Part shown: positions 46,725 through 55,360 of the stretch, one piece after another
Layout: the number at the start of each line of letters is the position of its first letter
Position numbering within the stretch: position 1 is the first letter of the stretch
Assembly (NCBI GenBank): GCA_902625365.1
Contig: CACOAX010000002.1
Span: 468-64,467, forward strand
DNA length: 64,000 nt
Source: an uncultured Alphaproteobacteria bacterium
GTDB lineage: Bacteria > Pseudomonadota > Alphaproteobacteria > HIMB59 > GCA-002718135
Direction: 5' to 3'
Notes under the pieces: model-generated
The model's database searches: none
What the model was told of the DNA's origin: nothing
The model's input: only the letters and a program-made list of their open reading frames with translations
Position numbers and translations under genes: made by a program

Positions 46725-47492
46725 CTAAAACATCTCATTTATTATTTTATTTAATTTTTGTGTTACTCTATCAATTATTTTTTTTCCTATCAGAGTATTG
46801 GACTTTGTAGGGTCTCCAATAATTCCACTTTTACTTAATTCTTTAGTTACCCAAGTTTTCTTAATATTTTTCTCATAAGAAATGGTTTTAGATGATAAAT
46901 AATCGGGAGATAATGTATGTTTAGAAATTTTAGATTGCCTAACTAGGTTTGGAAATAAATATAACATAATAGATGTTTCAAATTCTCCACCGTGATAACC
47001 AAAGTCTTTTTCTTTACTTGATATAATTCCTTTAAATTGATCAAATAAAAAATATGTGCCTTTTACTATGTTTATCTTAAATTCTGATTTCAATTCTTTA
47101 GCAATAATATCTATATGGCTAATTTGTCCACCATGACTATTTAAAAGTAATATATTTTTAAATTTCAATTTACATACATTTTCTAAAATTGATAAAGAGT
47201 GCGATATAAATTCCAATGAATCAATACTTATTGTTCCATCAAAATCCGCATGTTCAGCAGCTGAACCAAAATATATTTCAGGCATAATTAAATATTTATT
47301 TGAATTATATTTTTTATTGAATTCTAATAATATTCCTTCAAGAATTTTTTTATCAGTATTTAAAGGAAGATGCGGACCGTGCTGTTCTATTGATGAAAAT
47401 GGGAAAATTAAAACTGTTTTTCTATTTATTTTTTTAATTTCATTTGTTGTTAATTCTTCCCAAAAGTTTGTTAGCATTTTTTTATTATACAT
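46725..47492 (-). CDS. Creatininase-fold amidohydrolase
   Basis: 255 aa with SIEQHGPHLPLNTD, NSHGGQ and HGGEFETS metal-site motifs of the creatininase family. That family also contains the archaeal formamide hydrolase ArfB. Confidence 0.85.
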   Translation of the reverse strand: MYNKKMLTNFWEELTTNEIKKINRKTVLIFPFSSIEQHGPHLPLNTDKKILEGILLEFNKKYNSNKYLIMPEIYFGSAAEHADFDGTISIDSLEFISHSLSILENVCKLKFKNILLLNSHGGQISHIDIIAKELKSEFKINIVKGTYFLFDQFKGIISSKEKDFGYHGGEFETSIMLYLFPNLVRQSKISKHTLSPDYLSSKTISYEKNIKKTWVTKELSKSGIIGDPTKSNTLIGKKIIDRVTQKLNKIINEMF

Positions 47493-47505
47493 TTATAAGT
47501 AAATT

Positions 47506-48465
47506 ATGAAATCTTATTCTTTATGGATTGATAAAAAAAAACAAGCTAAAATTTATCAAAAAAAACTTATTTACAATAAAAATAACAAAACAGTTTTAGT
47601 TAAAACTATTTACTCAGGTATTAGCAAGGGAACTGAAAAATTAGTTTCATCTAAAAGCATAAGTAAGGATCAATTTGAATTAATGAAAGCCCCTTTTCAA
47701 GAGGGTTCTTTTAATTTACCTATAAAATACGGTTATATAAATGTTGGGAATATTATTGATGGTCCAAGGAAATATATAAATAAAAAAATATTTAGTCTTT
47801 ATCCTCATCAAGATTTATATGAAATTTCTATTCACAATTTAATTTTTCTACCAAAAGGAAATTTGAGAAAATATATTCTAACTGCAAATATGGAAACAGC
47901 AATTAATATCTTTTGGGACGCTCAATCTAAAAGTAATAACAAAATTCTAATTGTAGGGCTTGGCTCTGTAGGAATATTAACTGCATTTTTTTTTAAAATT
48001 AATGGATATAAAAATGTTTATGTTTTTGATAATAATAAAAATAAAAGAAAAATTGCCAATTATTTAGGATTCAATTTTATTGATATAAGAAAGATTGAGA
48101 AAATAGATGTAGCAATAAACACTACAGCTAATTATAAAGTTTTAAATTCTTTAATGGAAAAATTATCTATCGAAGGAAAAATAGTAGAAGCTAGTTGGTA
48201 TGGTAAAAATAAAGGAGAAGTTGCCTTGGGCGGGTATTTTCATTCTAAAAGATTAAAAATTATTAGCTCACAGGTATCTAAAATACCAAAATACATGAAA
48301 AATAAATATGATTTTGAGGGGAGATTAAAATTAGCAATTAAATCTTTAAAAAATTCAAAATTAGAAAAATTAATTACTAGTGAAAGTAATTTTTTTGATT
48401 TAGAAAAAGATTACTATAAAATCCTTCAAAATAAGGACACAATAATGCATCTAGTTAAATATTAA
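47506..48465 (+). CDS. Medium-chain dehydrogenase/reductase-like oxidoreductase lacking the usual zinc cysteines
   Basis: 319 aa with a GroES-like N-terminus and a Rossmann motif VGLGSVG. SGISKGTE replaces the canonical GxCGSD zinc site. Confidence 0.7.
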   Translation: MKSYSLWIDKKKQAKIYQKKLIYNKNNKTVLVKTIYSGISKGTEKLVSSKSISKDQFELMKAPFQEGSFNLPIKYGYINVGNIIDGPRKYINKKIFSLYPHQDLYEISIHNLIFLPKGNLRKYILTANMETAINIFWDAQSKSNNKILIVGLGSVGILTAFFFKINGYKNVYVFDNNKNKRKIANYLGFNFIDIRKIEKIDVAINTTANYKVLNSLMEKLSIEGKIVEASWYGKNKGEVALGGYFHSKRLKIISSQVSKIPKYMKNKYDFEGRLKLAIKSLKNSKLEKLITSESNFFDLEKDYYKILQNKDTIMHLVKY

Positions 48466-48467
48466 TT

Positions 48468-48866
48468 ATGTATTCGATAAAAGTAAGAGAAAATATTCTA
48501 ATAGCTCATTCTTTACCTGGAGAAGTATTTGGACCAGCTCAAAATATGCATGGAGCTACATATTTAGTAGATGCAGAATTTTTCACTGATAAAATTAATA
48601 AATACAATATAATTATGGATTTAGGAATAGTGTCCACAACTTTAAAAGATGTTCTTAAAATATATAATTATCAAAATTTAGATGAAATTGATGAATTTAA
48701 GGGAAAAATTACCTCAACAGAGTTTCTAGCAGAGGATATTTGCAATAAGATCTTGAATAGACTAAGAAATGAATTCTCTGAAGATTACAAATCTTTAAAA
48801 AAAATTAAAATAACCTTGCAAGAATCAAATGTTGCATGGGCATCATATGAAAAAGAGGTTATCTAA
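48468..48866 (+). CDS. 6-pyruvoyl-tetrahydropterin synthase/QueD-fold protein with a degenerate active site
   Basis: 132 aa. IAHSLPG......NMHGATY parallels the PTPS AAH....C..LHGH.Y wording, but the Cys and the last His are missing. Confidence 0.7.
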   Translation: MYSIKVRENILIAHSLPGEVFGPAQNMHGATYLVDAEFFTDKINKYNIIMDLGIVSTTLKDVLKIYNYQNLDEIDEFKGKITSTEFLAEDICNKILNRLRNEFSEDYKSLKKIKITLQESNVAWASYEKEVI

Positions 48867-49893
48867 AAATAAATCTGATATTTATTTTGTCTATCCAGGA
48901 AATATTAATGCAAAAACTGGAGGATATATTTATGAAAAAAATATCCTAGAATATGCAAAGATAAGAGATATAAATATTAGATCAATTGCTCTAAGTGAAA
49001 ATTATCCTTTTCCTACAAATAACGATATAAAATATTTTCTTAAAATTTTAGATAAAATTGATCCTCACTCTAAAATTATTATAGATGGATTAGCTTTAGA
49101 AGGAATGTATTCAATTTTTAAAAAAATACTTACTTATAATGTTATCGCGCTAATACATCATCCATTATATCTTGAATTTAAAGGTCAAAGGTCAAAAAAA
49201 TTCTTACGATTAGAAAAAGAAAATTTCAAAAAAATAAATAAATTTATTGTGACTTCTAAAAATACAAAAAATTTATTAATAAATGAATTTAAGGTACTAA
49301 ATAATAAAATTTATGTAGTTGAACCTGGTATAGAAAGACTTGCAAAATATAATTTTAAAAATAATAGGAAAATTCATTTTTTAACATGTGGAAGTATAAT
49401 AAATAGAAAAAATTATCTTTTTTTATTAAAAGTTCTAAAGCCTTTAGATAATTTTATTTTAGAAATTATTGGTGATACTACAAGAGATATAAGTTATTAC
49501 AAAAAACTCAAAAAATTTATTTCTAAAAATTCAATGAACAGAAAAATAATATTCCATGGCACTATTTCAGATACAAAATTAGCTAAATTATATTCTAAAA
49601 CAGATTGTTACATTTCGGTAAGTAAATATGAAGGTTTTGGTATGTCTTTAGCAAATGCATTAATAATTAAAAAGCCAATTATAACCTATTTTACTAATAC
49701 TATCTTAAATACACTAGGAAAAAAAGGTGTTATTTATTTCAAAAAATTTGAAGTAAATGATCTTAGGAAAATAATTATTAAAAATATATTAAATAAAAAA
49801 AATTTTAAAAAACTAAATATTGATATTCATAAAAATAAAAGATATCTTCTTACTCCTCTAGAGTCTGCTAAGAAATTTGTTAAATTAATTTAA
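48847..49893 (+). CDS. Group-1 (GT4-like) glycosyltransferase
   Basis: I trimmed to the ATG at 48847. The C-terminal half has SKYEGFGMSLANALIIKKPII, a GT1 E-x7-E-like region. Confidence 0.75.
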   Translation: MKKRLSKNKSDIYFVYPGNINAKTGGYIYEKNILEYAKIRDINIRSIALSENYPFPTNNDIKYFLKILDKIDPHSKIIIDGLALEGMYSIFKKILTYNVIALIHHPLYLEFKGQRSKKFLRLEKENFKKINKFIVTSKNTKNLLINEFKVLNNKIYVVEPGIERLAKYNFKNNRKIHFLTCGSIINRKNYLFLLKVLKPLDNFILEIIGDTTRDISYYKKLKKFISKNSMNRKIIFHGTISDTKLAKLYSKTDCYISVSKYEGFGMSLANALIIKKPIITYFTNTILNTLGKKGVIYFKKFEVNDLRKIIIKNILNKKNFKKLNIDIHKNKRYLLTPLESAKKFVKLI

Positions 49894-49894
49894 T

Positions 49895-50707
49895 ATGCAT
49901 GAATTTCAAAATAAATGGTTAAATCTTAGAGAAACTGTCGATAGAAATTCAAGAAACAAAAGAATACTATATTTAATTAATAAATTTTTTAAAAATAAAA
50001 AAAATATTAGAATAGTTGACTTAGGTTCTGGTGCTGGATCTAATTATAGATTTCTTAAGTCACGATTATTAAATAATCAATATTGGTCTTTTGTAGATAT
50101 ATCACATAAATCAACAAATTATTTTAAAAAAAATATAAAATTATCATCTAAAATAAAAAAAAATAATTTTAAAATTGTTGATGTAATTAATAATCTAGAA
50201 AAAATAAATTTTAATGATTATAATTTAGTTACAGGATCTGCTTTTTTAGATATTCTTCCAAAAACATGGTTTAAAAATTTTTATAAATTTAATGTTGATA
50301 CAGAAATTGTCTACTTTGCCTTAAATTATAACGGTAATTTTAAATTTTTTCCAAAACACAAGGATGATAAAAAAATTCTTAATATTTTTAATAAAGATCA
50401 AAAATCTGACAAAGGAATAGGGGAATTGGCCGTTGGACCAGATTGCACTAAATTAATAAATAAAGTATTTAAAAGGACTCACAAAACATATGTTTTAGAC
50501 TCTACATGGGATGTTAGTAAAAATTATGAATTTCAAATTTATTTCTTAAATTTTTGTAGAGAAATTATTCAAAAAAATAAACTTAACTTTGATGATTGGT
50601 TAAAATTTCGTTTAAAAAATATTAAAGAAAAAAATTCTAGATTTATTTTAAATAATAAAGATTTTTTAGCTATTAAGAAAAAAATTAACAATAAATTCAT
50701 TTTCTAA
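49895..50707 (+). CDS. Class I SAM-dependent methyltransferase
   Basis: 270 aa with motif I IVDLGSGAGSN and motif post-I FVDIS. Confidence 0.7.
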   Translation: MHEFQNKWLNLRETVDRNSRNKRILYLINKFFKNKKNIRIVDLGSGAGSNYRFLKSRLLNNQYWSFVDISHKSTNYFKKNIKLSSKIKKNNFKIVDVINNLEKINFNDYNLVTGSAFLDILPKTWFKNFYKFNVDTEIVYFALNYNGNFKFFPKHKDDKKILNIFNKDQKSDKGIGELAVGPDCTKLINKVFKRTHKTYVLDSTWDVSKNYEFQIYFLNFCREIIQKNKLNFDDWLKFRLKNIKEKNSRFILNNKDFLAIKKKINNKFIF

Positions 50708-51499
50708 TTCATTAAAATTATATTTTGGTCTGATAGCTTTATTGAGATTTGAAATTTCTTTTAAATTCAATGAATTAATTCCAGAACCTATTAATATTGG
50801 GGCAATCATTAATTGAAGAATATCAATATATTTATTATTTATTAATTCTGAAATAGTTTTTGATCCTCCCTCTACTAAAATATTTTTATATTTAAGTTTT
50901 TTAATTTGTGTAATTAAGTTTTTAGTAAAATTTTTTTCTTTTAATTTAATTATCGTTGAATTATTCAATTTAATATTTTTATTACTTTTTGTAAAAATTA
51001 TATTTTCATTACCGTCATTAAAAATTTTATATTTGTTATTTAGCGAAAGACTGCCATCAATAATAATTCTTTTTGGATTTGTGCCCTTTATTCTTCTTGT
51101 TGTTAATAGTGGATCGTCTTTTTTAATAGTATTTGAGCCCACAATAATCGCATCACTGATACTTCGTAAACAATGAAGATAAATAATACTCTTGGGATTA
51201 TTTATATAATGTGAATTACCATTATTTAACGCAATTCTACCATCAATACTTTGTCCTATCTGAGCTATAACTAATTTTTTGTTTTTTCTTAGAATCGGGA
51301 CAAGGATATTTAAGATTGATTGATAAAATTTACTTATATTAATTTTGGATTCCAGATTATTATTTTTTATGTAAAAGTTACTTTTTCTTTTTGATGATAA
51401 AGAAATACTATTTTTTTTAACCAATAAATATAAATCACTATTCTTTTTAGAATTTTTTATAAAATCTAGTAAAATTCCTATATTTTTTGATGTAATCAT
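50666..51499 (-). CDS. RibD C-terminal-domain reductase (no deaminase domain)
   Basis: 277 aa with AQIGQSIDGRIA, DAIIVGSNTIKKDDPLLT and VEGGSKT typical of RibD_C/DHFR-like reductases. About 70 extra residues sit at the N-terminus. Confidence 0.8.
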   Translation of the reverse strand: MITSKNIGILLDFIKNSKKNSDLYLLVKKNSISLSSKRKSNFYIKNNNLESKINISKFYQSILNILVPILRKNKKLVIAQIGQSIDGRIALNNGNSHYINNPKSIIYLHCLRSISDAIIVGSNTIKKDDPLLTTRRIKGTNPKRIIIDGSLSLNNKYKIFNDGNENIIFTKSNKNIKLNNSTIIKLKEKNFTKNLITQIKKLKYKNILVEGGSKTISELINNKYIDILQLMIAPILIGSGINSLNLKEISNLNKAIRPKYNFNELENEFIVNFFLNS

Positions 51500-51535
51500 T
51501 TGTTTTTATTGCAATTATATCTATATAAAGTTTTC

Positions 51536-52657
51536 ATGAGTTTCAAATCTAATACAGGAACTATAATAGATAGGGCAATTAATGAACTCAGGACCGGAAG
51601 ACCCTTAATAATTCAGAATAACAAGGAATATTGGATGTTCTTTAATATAGAGCATTCCCAAAGTAAAATTTTTAATCAATTCAATAAGCACTTAATTGAT
51701 GAAAAATACCTTCTTATCACTAAACAAAAAGCTCAATCAATTTTTAATAAGAATGTTAAAAGTAATACTTATTTTGAGATACATCCCAAAACAGATGTAA
51801 ATCAAATAATAAATTTATTTGTCAATCCTCTTAGCAATAATAAAGTAATTAAATTTACCAATATTAAAAAATTCAAAGCTAAAAATTTTCATAATGTTTG
51901 TATTGATCTTTCCAAAAATGCTAAAATGATACCATCGCTAGTTTTTAAAAAAATTAATAAAAAACATTACAAAAATATAAATGAATTTGGATTTAAAAAT
52001 GGAATTTTAATATTCGATTACAAAGATTTATTGAAGCAAAATGAATTAATTTGTGAAAGTATCAAATTAGTTTCCAGTGCAAAAGTTCCACTACCAAAAA
52101 ATGAAAATTCTAATTTTAAAATATTTAAATCATATATTGGATCTGATAAACATGTAGCGATAATTGTAAATCCAAAAAAAATAAATAAAAAATCTGTTAA
52201 TTTAAGAATACATTCAGCTTGTTTTACAGGTGATATTTTTCACTCTTTAAAATGTGATTGCGGTGAACAGTTAAATCAATCAATCAATTACATGGTTAGA
52301 AATAATGGTGGAATTATATTATATTTAGAACAAGAAGGTAGAGGAATAGGATTAGCTAACAAAATGAGAGCCTATTCTCTTCAAGCAAGAGGTATGGATA
52401 CAATAGACGCCGATCATAATATTGGTTTTTTAGATGATGAAAGAGATTTTAATATTGCAGCTAGAATACTTAAATTATTAAAAATAAATAAAGTTAATCT
52501 TATTACAAATAATAAAAGTAAAATAAATTCTATTAAGAAAGCTGGAATTAAAGTCGAAAATCAAATTAATACAAAGCCAACCTTGAATAAATTTAATAAA
52601 AATTATTTTAAAACAAGAGTTAAAAAAGCCGGATATGGTCTTAAACTAGTAGTATAA
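51536..52657 (+). CDS. GTP cyclohydrolase II with an additional N-terminal (degenerate RibB-like) domain
   Basis: The C-terminal half has IHSACFTGD, LKCDCG (zinc Cys triad), EGRGIGLANKMRAYSLQ and DERDF. I prefer the ATG at 51536 to the TTG at 51500. Confidence 0.88.
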   Translation: MSFKSNTGTIIDRAINELRTGRPLIIQNNKEYWMFFNIEHSQSKIFNQFNKHLIDEKYLLITKQKAQSIFNKNVKSNTYFEIHPKTDVNQIINLFVNPLSNNKVIKFTNIKKFKAKNFHNVCIDLSKNAKMIPSLVFKKINKKHYKNINEFGFKNGILIFDYKDLLKQNELICESIKLVSSAKVPLPKNENSNFKIFKSYIGSDKHVAIIVNPKKINKKSVNLRIHSACFTGDIFHSLKCDCGEQLNQSINYMVRNNGGIILYLEQEGRGIGLANKMRAYSLQARGMDTIDADHNIGFLDDERDFNIAARILKLLKINKVNLITNNKSKINSIKKAGIKVENQINTKPTLNKFNKNYFKTRVKKAGYGLKLVV

Positions 52658-52659
52658 TT

Positions 52660-53103
52660 ATGAAAAAAATTCCTAAGATAAAACTTCAATTAACAAACGA
52701 CAATGAGTTTGATTCATCTAAATTAAAGAATAAAACAGTTTTATTCTTTTATCCTAAGGCGTTAACTGGTGGATGCTCAGTAGAAGTTGCAGATTTTCAG
52801 AAATATTTAACAAAATTTAATAAAATTGGCTTTGATGTAATAGGAGCTTCTAAAGATCCTGTTGATCGGAATAAAAAATTTTCAGATAAATATAAATTGA
52901 AATACCCACTTGGTTCGGATGAAGGAAAAAATTGTGATAAACTTGGTATTTGGATAGAAAAATCTATGTATGGTAGGAAATATTTTGGGATAGATAGATC
53001 TACATTTGTAATGGATAAAAATGGAAAAATTCTAAATTCTTGGAATAAAGTCAAAGTTAAAGGTCATGCTGAAGAAGTTTATAATTTTTGTAAGGATCAG
53101 TAA
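52660..53103 (+). CDS. bcp: Peroxiredoxin (Bcp-type thiol peroxidase)
   Basis: 147 aa with FFYPKALTGGCSVE containing the peroxidatic Cys. It starts 2 nt after the GCH II gene. Confidence 0.85.
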   Translation: MKKIPKIKLQLTNDNEFDSSKLKNKTVLFFYPKALTGGCSVEVADFQKYLTKFNKIGFDVIGASKDPVDRNKKFSDKYKLKYPLGSDEGKNCDKLGIWIEKSMYGRKYFGIDRSTFVMDKNGKILNSWNKVKVKGHAEEVYNFCKDQ

Positions 53104-53107
53104 ATTT

Positions 53108-54001
53108 TTATTTAATTTTACCTATTTCTTTTTCTCTTTTGATTACAAATAAACCACTTAATGTAATAATTATTGCACCTACAATCATATTATAAGTTGG
53201 AGTTTCACCTAATATTAAATACCCAAAAATCATACCAAATATAATTACACTATATCTTGCAGAGGCCGTTAAAGAGAGTGGTGCATAAAAAACTGTTAAT
53301 ACTGAAAATAAATATCCGAATAAAACAAATATACTAGAAGCAAGAATATAATTTACATCTTCACCGCTTACTTGATAACCAAAAATAATTGAACCTAACC
53401 CTGCAAACCCAGTGATTAACAATGCTGTCACAAATGTAATTTCAACACTATTTGATTTAGTCGCTAAACTTTTTGTAGCAATATCTCTAATAGTTAAAAA
53501 AATAGCAGCTAAAATAGGTAACACCAAAAGATAATTAAATTGAAAATTTTGTGGATTTACAACAACTAGTACACCTAAGAAGCCAATTATAACTGCACAC
53601 CATCTTCTTATTCCGACTTTCTCTCCCAAAAAAAGAAAAGCAAAAATCGTCACAAAAAAAGGATTAGTCATTAAAAGTGTGTAAACCTCAGATATTGGAA
53701 GTAATATTAATCCAACCAAAAAAAATAATGCCGTTAAAACTTCATACAAACCTCTTATATGAAAACTTTTGATTGATAGTATTTTAATTAAATTCTTTTT
53801 TTCAAAAAATATTAAATATAGACCTAATAAGCTAGAGGTAATTAAACCTCTTAAAAAAATTACAGAATATAATGAATTGTCATCACCTATATTTTTTACA
53901 ACAAGTTTGACATAACTATCATTTATAGAGAATGATAATTGGCCAGCCATCATAAAAAGTACACCTATCGTCCCAACTGAAAATAAAATCTTGCTTTTCA
54001 T
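53108..54001 (-). CDS. DMT superfamily (EamA-type) transporter
   Basis: 297 aa, 10 TM segments, duplicated EamA halves. Confidence 0.85.
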   Translation of the reverse strand: MKSKILFSVGTIGVLFMMAGQLSFSINDSYVKLVVKNIGDDNSLYSVIFLRGLITSSLLGLYLIFFEKKNLIKILSIKSFHIRGLYEVLTALFFLVGLILLPISEVYTLLMTNPFFVTIFAFLFLGEKVGIRRWCAVIIGFLGVLVVVNPQNFQFNYLLVLPILAAIFLTIRDIATKSLATKSNSVEITFVTALLITGFAGLGSIIFGYQVSGEDVNYILASSIFVLFGYLFSVLTVFYAPLSLTASARYSVIIFGMIFGYLILGETPTYNMIVGAIIITLSGLFVIKREKEIGKIK

Positions 54002-54025
54002 AATAAAAAAAAATATTTAACTGAT

Positions 54026-55360
54026 ATGTTACAAAGAAATACTTCCAGCCATTTATATGGATTTACTGACTTGAAGTCATTAAATGAAAGAGGCCCTTTA
54101 GTTATTTCTTATGGAAAAGGAATATATGTTTACGATACTAAAGGTAATAAATATCTAGATGGAAATTCTGGTCTATGGAATCAGTGCGCTGGTTTTGACT
54201 ATCCTGGATTAATTGAAGTTGCAAAAAAACAGTATGAAAAATTTGCAGGTTATCATTCTTTATTTGGAAGATTGTCTGAAGAAACGTTACAGCTATCTGA
54301 AAAAATTATTGAAGTATCACCTTTTGATCAAGGTCGTGTATTTTTTTGTAATTCAGGATCTGAAGCAAATGACACCATGATCAAAATGTTATGGATGTTA
54401 AATGCAAGAATTGGAAAGCCAAATAGACGAAAAATTATAACAAGAATTAATGGATATCACGGAGTTACTTTAGGAGCTTCTTCAATGACAGCCAAACCAT
54501 ACAATAAAGAATTTGGATTACCATCAAAAGAATTCATTCATATTGAATGTCCTCATTATTGGAAATATGGATTAGAGAATGAAACGGAAGAGGAATTTTC
54601 TCTTAGGATGGCCAAAAATTTAGAAGAAAAAATCATTAAAGAAGATCCAGAAACTATCGCAGGTTTTGTTGCAGAACCCGTTCAAGGTGCAGGTGGTTGT
54701 ATACCACCATCAAAATCTTATTTTGATTTAGTTCAGCCTATATTAAAAAAATATAATATTCCTTTTATCGCAGATGAAGTTATTTGTGGATTTGGAAGAA
54801 CTGGAAATTTATGGGGTTGTGATACCTATAATATCAAACCAGATATAATTATTTCATCTAAATGTTTAACAGCTGGGTACTTTCCAATGGGAGCAGTTAT
54901 TGTTAATAAAGAGTTTTCTGATAAATTTGTAGAAGTATCAGAAGAAGCAGAGGAGTTTCCACATGGTTTTACAGCTGGTGGCCATCCTGTTGGATGTGCA
55001 ATTGCTTTGAAAGCAATAGATGTAATTATGAATGAGGGTTTATTAGATAATGTAAAGTTGATGGAACCCTATTTTTTTGAAAGATTAAATGAATTTAATG
55101 ATTATGAACACATTGGAGAAACTAGAGGTATAGGTCTTATGGCTGCATTAGAGATGGTAAAAAATAAAGATACAAAAGAACCATTTGAAGGTCATCTTAA
55201 TATGGGTGATAAAGTTGCTAATTTATCAATTGATAATGGATTAATTTGCAGACCTTTAGGGCCTGCAATTGTTTTGTGTCCTCAATTCATAATTAATAAA
55301 AATCAAATTGACGAAATATTTGATTCTCTTCATAAAACTATAAAGCAAGTTTTTAATTAA
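54026..55360 (+). CDS. Class-III (omega) aminotransferase
   Basis: 444 aa with NSGSEAND, ADEVICGFGRTG and SSKCLTAGYFPMGA (PLP lysine). Confidence 0.9.
   Translation: MLQRNTSSHLYGFTDLKSLNERGPLVISYGKGIYVYDTKGNKYLDGNSGLWNQCAGFDYPGLIEVAKKQYEKFAGYHSLFGRLSEETLQLSEKIIEVSPFDQGRVFFCNSGSEANDTMIKMLWMLNARIGKPNRRKIITRINGYHGVTLGASSMTAKPYNKEFGLPSKEFIHIECPHYWKYGLENETEEEFSLRMAKNLEEKIIKEDPETIAGFVAEPVQGAGGCIPPSKSYFDLVQPILKKYNIPFIADEVICGFGRTGNLWGCDTYNIKPDIIISSKCLTAGYFPMGAVIVNKEFSDKFVEVSEEAEEFPHGFTAGGHPVGCAIALKAIDVIMNEGLLDNVKLMEPYFFERLNEFNDYEHIGETRGIGLMAALEMVKNKDTKEPFEGHLNMGDKVANLSIDNGLICRPLGPAIVLCPQFIINKNQIDEIFDSLHKTIKQVFN

Noticed and set aside
46725-47492. Literal creatinine amidohydrolase (creatinine catabolism).
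   Set aside because: No creatinase, sarcosine oxidase or related genes are nearby. The neighbours are GTP cyclohydrolase II, RibD and PTPS-like genes, so a formamide or amide hydrolase role in that cluster is more plausible.
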